Origin: Octopus sinensis
Taxonomy: Eukaryota
NCBI RefSeq assembly: GCF_006345805.1
Contig: NW_021833394.1
Coordinates: 1-27,393, forward strand
Reading direction: 5' to 3'
DNA length: 27,393 nucleotides
The notes below the pieces were generated by a model. The model had not been told where the DNA came from, did not search any database, and saw nothing but the letters and a program-made list of their open reading frames with translations. This document shows positions 1-9,963 of the stretch, piece after piece (position 1 is the stretch's first letter; every line of letters starts with the position of its first letter). The position numbers and the translations under genes were made by a program.

Positions 1-360
1 TGTCATTCCAAGTTTATACCGGATATGTGCAAGGACGAATGTATATAAATTTATGAGTTTGCAGAGTGATTTTCTTACGCATACACTCGCATAAACACTT
101 CCAATCACACACACATACGCATACTCAAACGCATACATATATTAAAATTACAATGCTGTAGTTTTTCGTGAAATAAAAACGAGCTTGTCACGAGAGTACT
201 CTAATTTGCAACAAACAAACCGAAATAAACGCATTTAAATATGTATGTTGTCATATGTACAATAGGCAACAACAAAATCTTTATTGGTAAACATTAAAAA
301 GAATCAAAATAGCTTCAAGAATTATATAAAATATTCCGTCTGTTTACTTCGCTCGTCACG

Positions 361-388
361 TGGCTGTGTGGTAAGAAGGTTGCTTCCC
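361..388 (+). mobile_element. Truncated 5' head of SINE family A
   Basis: TGGCTGTGTGGTAAGAAGGTTGCTTCCC matches the head of the full family-A copies (e.g. 3175-3574), then stops abruptly. Confidence 0.6.
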
Positions 389-981
389 GCGCATGCGTTG
401 TTGTCAGTATTGTTCGTACCACTGAAAGAAGTAGCTACGCTGGTGTACAGCTGGTGAAATATTGATTAAAAAAGCTCAACTGTAAGGTAAGACTTTTGTT
501 TTTTGGGTCCAGTGGGGGTTTGTTGTTTACTGTAATTATTTTTGTACAAACAAGAAGTCCTCACTGGATTCTGAACTCTGGTCTGCCTGCAGTTGTGCAA
601 AATTGGTTCACGTTAAGTGAATAGTTTTTCTCAATTAATTGTGAGAATTGTTGTTTTGGGGGCGTATCTCGCCTCAAGAAATTTGATGACTTTAAATGAA
701 TATTTTTCTTTTCAAATAATTCAGAGAATTCTCCGAAGATAGAATAACTTCTTTACCAAATTTTGTGGAAGTTGTGTTCCAGTAGCGGCGTTCCGGGTTC
801 GAATTTGATAACAAAGTAGGCCTGGATTACCTAATGCCCAGAATTTTTGCTTGTTGTGTTTTTTGAACTGTGACTGTTTTCTTTCCTTCTTCTATCTTTA
901 TTGTTGTGACTTTCTTTTGATCTATTTTTTTCACTTCTTTCTTTGAATTTATTTTGAAATTTTTATTACAAAAAAGAAAAC

Positions 982-1735
982 ATGGCAAAGAAAAAGAACA
1001 ATGTTTTGGAGTGGGAAATTGTCCCACCCAAACAGTGAATGAAAGACTTTGAAGAGAAGACGGTGGTGTTGAGAACCTACGCCAAGTCCTTCGACACCAT
1101 CACCCTATTTCAAAAGACTGTTATTGAAAGGGTGTTGGCAGAGTATCTGCCAACTATTAAATTTATCTCCAGGGGAGTCAAATATGCAAAGGTGTGTTTG
1201 CTATTTGACACCCTCCTCCGGTCACGGAGGAAACGCACGCTCCCTCAGTTGAGAAGAAAAAGGAGGAAGAGGAAGAGAAACGGGACATTGCCGGCAGTCA
1301 GTGACATAGTAACGGAATGTCCCGGAACCTCGTCGGTAGGGCTTGTGCCACCAGCAGGAGAAGAGACACCGTCGGTGGGAATTGTGCCGCCGACGGTAGA
1401 AGTGACTACCTCGTCTCTGGAGGAAGACGAATTATTGGTCTTCTTCTACAGAGGCGGAGAGGTGGAGAAGGTGTTGGAAAAGCACCATAAGGGAGTACCT
1501 TTAGCCTGCACACGGGATCCCGAATGACCTCCGTAGATAGCTGTGGAGGTCATAACGTTGCTCGTGTTGCGTAAGTTGGAGGGACTCAATGAGGAATATC
1601 GCTTGTGGTTGGGTGACGCCGACATGGCACCCGCTTTGTGCTTGATTGAGGCGTAGGTATGGCGGAGTACGGGGTCACAAGCGATGTTGGACAGGAATAT
1701 GAATAAGAGGTTGAAAAGCCTCAGTGTTATTGAAA
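982..1735 (+). pseudogene. Degenerate ORF, possibly ORF1/gag-like region of a non-LTR retroelement
   Basis: ATG at 982 is in frame with the 1039-1527 ORF (MAKKKNNVLEWEIVPPKQ*MKDFEEK...). The frame continues past 1527 with isolated stops (DPE*PP*IAVEVITLLVLRKLEGLNEEYRLWLG...). It is GC-richer than its flanks and has a basic RRKRRKRKR stretch and a 39-bp internal repeat. No domain recognised; the family assignment is inference. Confidence 0.4.
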
Positions 1736-1737
1736 GT

Positions 1738-2083
1738 TCCATGTACTTCTCGAGATTTTTGCTCCGACAATTATTGGTACAACTGCTACCTTTTTCATCG
1801 ACCACAACTACTTAACTTCCCAAGCTAACCTGTCATATCTCTCAGCTTTTCTTTCTTCCTTATTGCATACCTTGTTGTCAGCTGGACATGCTATATCTAT
1901 GATCCAGCATAGTTTGTTTTCTTTCTCAATTAAGACTATGCCTCGCTTCCTATCCTCTGTATCATGGTGGCACTGAATAATAAAATCTCATAGGATCTTT
2001 ACATTTCTATTTTCGACAATGCCTTCAGGTTTATGGTCGTACCAGCTTTTTGCTCCGTCAAGTCCAAACTTGTTCCAACGTGT
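1738..2083 (-). pseudogene. R4/Dong-clade non-LTR retrotransposon fragment, C-terminal restriction-like endonuclease (RLE) domain
   Basis: Minus-strand translation KFGLDGAKSWYDHKPEGIVENRNVKIL*DFIIQCHHDTEDRKRGIVLIEKENKLCWIIDIACPADNKVCNKEERKAERYDRLAWEVK*LWSMKKVAVVPIIVGA, then after a frameshift KNLEKYME. This follows the WYxHxP..KILWD..(R)PDIV..IIDIAxPxD..K..KY..L..VVPIxVGA RLE pattern. It has two nonsense codons, and the catalytic PD is decayed to RG. Confidence 0.85.
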
Positions 2084-2086
2084 CTA

Positions 2087-2106
2087 ATTATTATTATTAT
2101 TATTAA

Positions 2107-2151
<45 letters not shown>

Positions 2152-2210
2152 TGTTGTTGTTGTTGTTGTTATTATTATTGTCATTATTATTATTATTATT
2201 ATTATTATCA
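2087..2210. repeat. (ATT)n/(GTT)n trinucleotide microsatellite
   Basis: Directly visible; explains poly-I/V ORFs 1999-2211 and 2033-2218. Confidence 0.95.
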
Positions 2211-2284
2211 TTTCATGATTCCGAGGATTGATAAGGTCAGAACGTAACGTTTATAAGTGAATGAGAGCATGTCCCCTTCCGTGA

Positions 2285-2463
2285 ATGGGATGTTGGTCTG
2301 TTGCAGAGCGAACGTCCCAGTTATTGCTTAAACCCATTTTCAGCTGAGTAGACTGGAGCAACATGAAATGAAGTGTTTTGTTCAAGAACACATCAGTCCG
2401 ATTTGGGAATCGAAATCATGACCACGCTGCTGTGAGCACAACACCCTAAACCAATAGGCCACA
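2285..2463 (-). mobile_element. tRNA-derived SINE family B (CORE-like central segment)
   Basis: The minus strand reads GTGGCCTATTGGTTTAGGGTGTTG (A-box-like)...GATTTCGATTCCC (B-box-like)...GTGTTCTTGAACAAAACACTTCATTTCATGTTGCTCCAGTCTACTCAGCTG. Related heads occur at 9143 and 13698. Confidence 0.7.
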
Positions 2464-2606
2464 CACAGCACTGGTATTACTAGACGTAGATACATTGTGT
2501 TTGATAAAACAAAATAAAATAAAATGCTATGGAATGTCTTTTAGCATAGGATTGATCGATCAGAACCGAATAACGACCACTACGATCACAAACATCACCA
2601 CCAACG

Positions 2607-2629
2607 CTACTACTACAACAACAACAACA

Positions 2630-2681
<52 letters not shown>

Positions 2682-2690
2682 TACCACTAC
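2607..2690. repeat. (ACT)n/(ACA)n microsatellite
   Basis: Directly visible; explains poly-T/V ORFs. Confidence 0.95.
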
Positions 2691-2991
2691 TGGCACATAC
2701 GAATGAAAATGTTTGGTGTCGTGTGATCGTAGTTTTGAAATAGAGCGTTAATCTAAAACTGATGCTACGAAAATAATGTTGTTTCATCTCTTGATTTTAA
2801 GAGGTATGGAATTTATGATACAATCAATTATCTATTGCTGTGATATTATAATTAAGGCTGTAACAGCCATGTTGATGTCATAACAAATTACAAGCTACCT
2901 TTAATCTTTTGTTGTCTTACAGTTACCAGGTTACAATATAGTGATAATAAAAAAAACAATATTAAAATTGCATAATACAATTTAATTTTAG

Positions 2992-3125
2992 CGTTTTTTC
3001 TTTGGCAACTACAGGAAGGTAACTCTGGATATGTTTCGTTATTAGTTGACCTCCTCAGCGCTGCATGGAATTTACGTAGTGACGAGAGGATTATCAAGTC
3101 TATGTTAAATAATATTTACCCGCAG
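2992..3125 (+). CDS. Candidate internal coding exon, unidentified protein
   Basis: TTTTAG|CG...CCGCAG|GTGTAT brackets an open frame FFLWQLQEGNSGYVSLLVDLLSAAWNLRSDERIIKSMLNNIYPQ in a GC-richer, non-repetitive island. The donor is weak and no homolog was recognised. Confidence 0.25.
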
Positions 3126-3174
3126 GTGTATATTAAAAACTGGAAATATTTAATCAATAGATTCCTCTCACCCG

Positions 3175-3574
3175 AGGTGTAGTAGTGGCTGTGTGGTAAG
3201 TAGCTTGCTTACCAACCACATGGATCCGGGTTCAGTCCCACTGTTTGGCACCTTGGGCAAGTGTCTTCTACGATAGCCTCGGTGAGACAAAAGCCTTGTG
3301 AGTGGATTTGGTAGACGGAAACTGAAAGGAGTCCGCCGTATAAATGTATATATATGTATGTATGTGTGTGTGTGTGTGTGTGTGTGCGTTTGTCTCCCCA
3401 ACATCGCTTGACAACCGATGTTGGTGTGTTTACGTCCCCGTAACTTAGCGGTTCGGCAAAAGGGACCGATAGAATAAGTACTAGGCTTACAAGGAATAAG
3501 TCTTGGGGTCGATTTGCTCGACTACTGGTGGTGCTCCAGCATGGCCACAGTCGGAAACAAGTAAAAGATAAAAG
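3175..3574 (+). mobile_element. SINE family A, full length, internal (TA)/(TG) microsatellite
   Basis: A-box-like TGGCTGTGTGG, B-box-like GGGTTCAGTCCC, CORE-like GCACCTTGGGCAAGTGTCTTCT, internal microsatellite, 3' CCAGCATGGCCACAGTC..AAACAAGTAAAAGA tail. Many sister copies lie in this window. Confidence 0.9.
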
Positions 3575-3622
3575 ACACACTTAAGAAATATTTTATGCAG
3601 AGAGCGTCAAATAAACTAATTA

Positions 3623-4020
3623 AGGGCAGACATGGCTGTGCGGTTAAGCAGCTTGCTTTGTAACCATGTGGTTTCTAGCTCAGTTCCCCAGCACGAGACC
3701 TTGGGCGTCTTCTATTATATACTTTGTGATTGAGCTTGGCAGGTGGAAACTGTGTGGAAGCCTACGTATGCATATATATATATATACATATATGTGTGTG
3801 TGTACGTATGTATGTATGCATGCATTTATGCGTGTGTGTATGTGTGTGTCAATGGGTATGTAATTGTGTTTGTATTTTTTCCTCACACCATCATCTGACA
3901 ACTGGTGTTAGCTTGTTCCCGTTCCCATAACATGCTTTTCGATAAAAGTTACAGACGGAATAAATAAACCCATGCAGGCAGTGCCACAACATGGTCGCAG
4001 TCCAATGATTGAAGCGAGTA
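3623..4020 (+). mobile_element. SINE family A, older diverged copy
   Basis: Same order of modules (TGGCTGTGCGGTTAAG..., GGAAACTGTGTGGAAGCC, microsatellite, CAACATGGTCGCAGTCCAATGATTGAA) with many substitutions. Confidence 0.7.
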
Positions 4021-4591
4021 TAATATTATGCTTTCCATTTGGTAGGATTGGAAGGCTTTTATCTCTTACGATCTTCTGCTCATGGGCAAAACCATCAATT
4101 CTTGTGTGTACTGCGACGAGCTAAAATCTGGCAGGTCACAGACAAATTCAACGCAGCGATCCACCAGAAGTTTCTAGTACTTTCTAATCGTAAAAGCATT
4201 GCCTTCCATCACGTCAATGCCAGACCCCGCACACTTCTTTGCAGACACGACAAAAGTTATTGGGACCTGGCTGGGAAGTTTTATCCCACCTTCTAAATTT
4301 GCCTGATTTTGCACCTTCAGGTTTCTACCTTTTTCAGGCTCTTTAAAATTCATTGAATAGACAAAGCTTCAAGTCTGATGAGGATGTAAAAATTCACCTG
4401 GAAGCGATTTTCGCCAGAAAAGACAGGAAAGTTTTTGAGCAGGACGTAAAGCATCTGTCCACAAGATGGCCGAATATACTGAAACGAAACGGTAATTATA
4501 TCATTTATTGTATAAATTACTTTGTGCATAAAACTGTGTCTTGTTTTCACTATATAAAAAACAAACTAAACGGATGTTTGGTTAAACCCAG
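4021..4591 (+). mobile_element. mariner (Tc1/mariner, DD34D-type) transposon relic: 3' part of transposase plus right end
   Basis: Frameshifted translation IW*DWKAFISYDLLLMGKTINSCVYCDEL..DKFNAAIHQK..NRKSIAFHHVNARP..LQTRQKLL..GWEVLSH..PDFAPSGFYLFQAL*NSLNRQSFKSDEDVKIHLEAIFARKDRKVFEQDVKHLSTRWPNILKRNGNYII matches mariner motifs (HHDNARP, WEVLxHPPYSPDLAPSD). It ends ..AAACCCAG followed by TA. Confidence 0.9.
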
Positions 4592-5431
4592 TATGTATGT
4601 GTTGTTATGCATTTATGTATGTATATATACATATACATTTAAATGCAAGTGTATGTATGAATGTATGTTATAGATGCATGTACGTATGTTAAAGAGAATA
4701 TTTAATAACTGTCAACACAGCCAAGAAAGCGGGAGGAAAACGAAAAACCCAGCAATCTCGTACTCTTAAATTCCATCAGGATATGTCAAATGGATCGCGC
4801 GAGGTGAAGGGGCGTCTTCCTGAAATTCTCTGTTTTTCTTTCTTTTTTCTTTATATTTAATCACATCGTTTAGTTTCGCTTGTTGTTTTTCTTCTTTTTC
4901 TTTCATTCGTTTTTCCAATAAACTCCTTTTTCGTTTGCGTATTTCTTTCTCATTTCTCTCTTGTTTCTTTTCCTTATCTGTCACCCCACCATTTTCGTCA
5001 CTTTTTATATATTGTTATTTTTATTTCGTTCAGTTAATTGTTTACCCCCACCCCCAACCCCACCTACAGGCACCATTGTTTTACGCGCTCCCGCCGCCTT
5101 TGGTAATTTCGTTTCCCTTTGTTTCTCTGTCACTCGCAATATTCACAGCCTCCATACAAACACAGAAGCACAAACCCAGTCACAAACACGCATCTTTCCT
5201 TTTCTATTTCTCTGACTCTATTTTTTTTTATTAATCTGTCAATGATCTGCTGAACCTATTCATATAACGTCATCGTCACAGATTCATAACCATTCCCAGA
5301 CAACCAGTCAATATTTTCTGGCCAAATCCGAAGACAAGTTATTTATAGGAAATTTATGTTGGAAATATATTAAAAAAAAATCAACCTTGTCTTGTCCTAG
5401 AGAATGGACTATCATAAAATATATAAGTATT

Positions 5432-5845
5432 AAGGCGCCTGTGGTAAGTAGCTTGCTAACCAACCACATGGTTCCGGGTTCAGTCCCGCTGCGTGGCATC
5501 TTGGGCAAGTGTCTTCTGCTATAGCCCCGGGCCGACCAATGCCTTGTGAGTGGATTTGGTAGACGGAAATTGAAAGAAGCCCGTCGTATATATGTATATA
5601 TATATGTGTATGTGTGTGTATTTGTGTGTCTGTGTTTGTCCCCCTAGCATTGCTTGACAACCGATGCTGGTGTGTTTATGTCCCCGTTACTTAGCGGTTC
5701 GGCAAAAGAGTCCGATAGAATAAGTACTGGGCTTACAAAAGAATAAGTCCCGGGGTCGAGTTGCTCGATTAAAGGTGGTGCTCCAGCATGGCTCCAGTCA
5801 AATGACTGAAACAAGTAAAATAGTAAAATAGAAAAATAGTAAATA
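5432..5845 (+). mobile_element. SINE family A, near full length
   Basis: High identity to 3175-3574 and 18956-19360; (GTAAAATA)n-type tail. Confidence 0.9.
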
Positions 5846-5849
5846 TTGG

Positions 5850-6005
5850 ACAAAATGCGTAGCGGCATTTCTTCTGACTTATTACGTCCCTGGTTCAAAT
5901 CCAGGCGAGGTCCACCTTGCCTTTCATTCTTTTGAGCTCAGTAAAATAATTACCGATCGACTAGCACCTCACTGCACAAAATCTTCAGGCCTTGCACATA
6001 CAAGA
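5850..6005 (+). mobile_element. SINE family C, 5'-truncated diverged copy
   Basis: AAATGCGTAGCGGCATTTC...GGTTCAAATCC..GAGGTCCACCTTGCCTTTCATTC matches family C (27141-27373). Confidence 0.7.
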
Positions 6006-6776
6006 AAATGAATATGTACGTGTGATTTAAAAACATTTCACTGAAGGAGGACAAAAGAACAAACGAAGAAATTACGCACAAGACATGGACATACTCATCC
6101 CTCATCAATTATCATTCAAATATCATTAAAATTTCGATCCTTGAATGAAAATATTGTACATTTTGATGGCATTAACAGCAAAACGTGAGCGAACGTGAAG
6201 GAGGGTGATGAAAACTAACAAAAGTGTGAAAATAAGGCAGGATTTAATGGAAAACGACACATGTAGATGGTGCCTATATGAATAATATAGATACAAATAA
6301 AGGACTTGGAGCTATGAGACAGTATTAAGACAAGGCATGTGTAAAAGTAACGCTAATGAAAAATGTGTCCCACAGGACATGAAAAGGGAAAGGAAGATAG
6401 AAAGAAAGATGGAAGGATAGAAGGTATAGAAAGAAAGATATAAAAGAAAGATGAAAAATAAGGCGAACCGGGGGTTAAGGTAGATGCTAAGGTAAGATAT
6501 ATGTATATATAATGAATAGTGTAATAAATAAAATATATGCATACATACAAACATATATGTACGTACTGACATCTGCATGTATATATACATGCATATATAA
6601 ATATATATACGTACAGGACACCACAAAAAGAAGTAAAATTCAACAGAAACGAAAACGGAAAAACCATTTTGTTACAACAGAAGGATTGAGACGTGGAACA
6701 GGACGAAAACGAAAACAGGAGAAACATTATGTACAACAGAAAAACGAGGTACAGGACATGGTACACAAGGAAAAAT

Positions 6777-6820
6777 CCCCTTCATCGGCTGTCACTAGCA
6801 GACATAGCGTTTTTCGAAGG
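6777..6820 (-). ncRNA. Degenerate, circularly permuted (type II-like) hammerhead motif
   Basis: Minus strand CCUUC GAAA AACGC UA UGUC-UGCUAGU-GACA G CCGAUGA A GGGG. It has a U4>C change, minimal stem III and an extra G. Confidence 0.3.
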
Positions 6821-7045
6821 CAAGACAGTTCGTTTGAATTTTCGATTTTTCGAATTTTCACTTCGTTCCATCTCTTTCCTCCCAGTTTGTTTTATATATA
6901 ATGAATGTCGCTTGCGGGTGGGATACTTTACAGCTGGTTGTGTTGCATCCATCAGTGTAGACTGCACTCAACGGGCGTCTTATTTTAAATAAGATACTTC
7001 GCTAAATACACTCGGTGTACTTTTAATCATATAAAAGCCCAAATA

Positions 7046-7082
<37 letters not shown>

Positions 7083-7274
7083 AACTCATATTTACAGAAA
7101 ACAAAAGACGAATACCGGTTGTTGTAACAACAAGCAAATGTATTATTTCAATCACAAGGCAGTGGTTGGCCCATGCCTTGCGCGTGATCTTTTCTTTTGT
7201 CACCCTTCAGTGAAATGGAAAATTCTTTTACACTTCGATCCTGCATTCTTCGACAGGAAAGGTTAAAGGAAAAA

Positions 7275-7410
7275 ACGGGCTCCCATATACTTTCCATCTT
7301 CCAAATTCAATCACAAGGCACTGGTTGGCCCGGGGTTTGCCAAAGGTGTCACGCAATAGGAATGAACTGAAAGCCAGGTGGCTGCGCAGTGAACTTCTAA
7401 AAGACATAAA
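7275..7410 (-). mobile_element. SINE family A, old 5' half (short duplicate at 7148-7175)
   Basis: ACTTTCCATCTTCCAAATTCAATCACAAGGCACTGGTTGGCCCGGGG...CCAAAGGTGTCACGCAATAGG is the reverse complement of the family A 5' half. Confidence 0.65.
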
Positions 7411-7554
7411 CATATGATGCATATAAATAGATGAAAAAAAATCGTTTTAAAATTTAAATTTAAAAAATGGCTGAAAGAAGGAAACAGTAATCAGAGAGGA
7501 GAAATCCAACGAAAAGGGAGGGAACTGAGGTAATGAAGGTGTCGAGGAATGATC

Positions 7555-7967
7555 TCTTTCTCTTTTTACTCTTTTCTTGTTTCAGTCATTTGAGTGTGGC
7601 CATGCTGGAGCACCGCCAGTAGTCGAGCAAATAGACCCCAGGACTTATTCTTTGTAAGCCCAGTACTTATTCTATCGGTCTCTTTTACCGAACCGCTAAG
7701 TTACGGGGACGTAAACACACCAGCATCGATTTTCAAGCGATGTTGGGGGGACAAACACAGACACACAAACATATACACATACATGCATATATATACATAG
7801 ATACGACGTACTTCTTTCAGTTTCCTTCTACCAAATCCACTCACAAGGCTTTGGTCGGCCCGTGGCTATAGTAGAAGAAACTTGCCCAAGGTGCCACGTA
7901 GTGTGACCGAACCCGGAACCATGTGGTCGGTAAGCAAGCTACTTACCACACAGCCACTCCTGCACCT
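7555..7967 (-). mobile_element. SINE family A, full length
   Basis: Reverse complement of family A from tail to head (..ACCACACAGCCACTCCTGCACCT). Confidence 0.9.
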
Positions 7968-8510
7968 AATTAAACTTCCCTACCCTAATTAAAGCTATAA
8001 GAAGGGAGTGCCTTGTTTCTAGGGAACCGTGTAAACAAATAATTGTGAAATAAAGGAAAAGAAGGTGTGAGTGTCATAAGAGAGACAAATGTGAAGGTAG
8101 TGGGTGAAGTATAAAAACTGCCACCGTTGTCTACGTTTGTTTTTATCTTGGGTAAATGTCGGACAGTTAACACGGTAAATTTAATTTACAATTTAAATGA
8201 ACAAATTAGATTCGTAACTAAGCCATAATATCCTGGAGGTTTGGTTTTACATAATTAAGTCATAAATATATATTTAGGTACTAATGGAGTTATATTAATG
8301 TTTAATGATTATTCATATTAGAAAAATAAGTAGTTATGTCGTAAACTTTAAAAAAAGCTAAAAAAGTCGATTTCACTGAGCATAAATATTATATAAGCTG
8401 TCAAAATATATTTTGAGTTTAGAATATTTTAAAAAAATACTGTTAATTCAATTGTGGAAATGATTGACAGAATGAAACTAACGTTGGAAATGTTCAAAAG
8501 ATCCGTATTC

Positions 8511-8737
8511 TTTTATTCTCTTATTATTTTAGTCTTTTATTTGGTTCAGTCATTTGACTGCAGCCATACTGGAGCACCAGCATTAGTCGAGAAAATTGGC
8601 CCCAGGACTTATTCCTTGTAAGCGTAGTACTTATTCTATCGGTATCCTTTGCCGAACCGCTAAGTTACGGGGACGTAAACACACCAGCATCGGTTGTCAA
8701 GCGAAGGTGGGGGACAAACCCAGACACACAGACACAA

Positions 8738-8781
<44 letters not shown>

Positions 8782-8950
8782 TTATATACGACAAGCTTCT
8801 TTCAGTTTCCATCTACCAAAACCACTCACAAGGCTTTGGTCGGCCTGAAGCTATAGTAGAAGACACTAGCCCAAGGTGCCATAGAGTGGGACTGAACCCG
8901 GAACTATGTGGTTGGTAAGTAAGCTTCTTACCACACAGCCACCTCTGCGA
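8511..8950 (-). mobile_element. SINE family A, full length
   Basis: As above, with an internal (CA)n/(TA)n tract. Confidence 0.9.
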
Positions 8951-9142
8951 CTGTAGTGAAAATAAATACCAAATTTAAGATAAATTCTAGGGCCGATCTT
9001 ATTCAAGGCGATGTCTCAGCACGGCTGCAGTCCAATTACTGAAACAAGAACAAACATAAAAGCAACGAATACACACACATACACACACACATGCATTTAT
9101 ATTTATGTATAATGTATGTATGTGTATGTGTGTGTGTGAGGA

Positions 9143-9360
9143 TGTACGGCCCTGTGGTTAGTGTGTTGCATTTATGAACGCGAGATCGTAATTTCAATTC
9201 CCGGAGACAGTACGTTGTGTCATTTCAACCTCTTCTACGATCACTTCGACATCTGACGTGTGGCACGCCGTGTACCTGTACAGGCAACGTCGATTTGCTG
9301 GAAGAAGAGAGTTAATGTGCGGCATAAACATTTGATCCTTTTAAACAAATCATCTGTGCA
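9143..9360 (+). mobile_element. SINE family B-like diverged copy
   Basis: Head GGCCCTGTGGTTAGTGTGTTGCA..GATCGTAATTTCAATTCCCGG resembles the head of 2285-2463; the 3' extent is uncertain. Confidence 0.5.
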
Positions 9361-9492
9361 AATGTGTAAGCCTTTTTCTTTGTTCAATTTCGCAAACGCA
9401 CGTGTTATGAGCCGTTATTTTATGTGACATGAAAAATTGTTGATCATTTGTCGAGTAGAGAATTCTTTTAAAAACTGATGTATTTATTGCAA

Positions 9493-9581
9493 GACACTGA
9501 GGAGGTGATTTGCTTGATTCCATAATGTTTCCACTGCAGTTATGTAATTATTTCGGCATTTTGTCGAAACGCGTGTATGTC
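9493..9581 (+). ncRNA. Type I hammerhead ribozyme motif with extended stem II
   Basis: GACA CUGAGGA [G..62 nt..C] GAA AC GCGU GU A / UGUC. Intact CUGANGA and GAAA, GUA cleavage triplet, 4-bp stem I, 2-bp stem III containing palindromic ACGCGU. Confidence 0.6.
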
Positions 9582-9880
9582 CGGTGAAGCTTCGAAAAAC
9601 ATACCTGTTTTCTGAGTATTATTTTTTTCTATTATTTGTATCCTATTCCGTTCTCTAACCTAATCGGATTTCGATGTCCCACGGCATACTATACTGGAAT
9701 AGAATGTGGAACTCACTACTGAGCCCCATTCGATTGCGCATCGCACGTCTATATTCCCTCGTATACACACATACACACACACACACTCACATATGTATAT
9801 ATATATGCATAATAGTATCTTGGTTTTCGAACAACTCTGACCACGAATAAATCGTGCTTTATATATATGTATGTATATAT

Positions 9881-9928
9881 ATACATACATAATACATACA
9901 TACATACATACATACATACATACATACA

Positions 9929-9957
<29 letters not shown>
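9881..9957. repeat. (TACA)n microsatellite
   Basis: Directly visible. Confidence 0.95.

Positions 9958-9962
<5 letters not shown>

Positions 9963-9963
<1 letters not shown>

Noticed and set aside
3025-3064. Minus-strand CUGAGGA G GU..AC GAAAC AUAU hammerhead-like core
   Set aside because: Stem II is only about 2 bp, and no NUH site gives a pairing stem I.
2888-3097. Minus ORF resembling a GPCR TM5-loop-TM6 segment
   Set aside because: The hydrophobic part comes from AT-rich low-complexity sequence; a stop lies just upstream and no GPCR motif is present.
3168-3580. Recurring ORFs such as ..DTCPRCHAVGLNPEPCGW and ..WPCWSTTSSRANRPQDLF (also 5430, 7594, 8694, 19129, 22458)
   Set aside because: They are chance frames within SINE family A copies.
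4375-4381. CTGATGA motif
   Set aside because: It encodes S-D-E of the mariner transposase; no downstream GAAA or stems.
4766-5234. K/E-rich and F/L-rich ORFs
   Set aside because: Purine/pyrimidine-biased low-complexity sequence.
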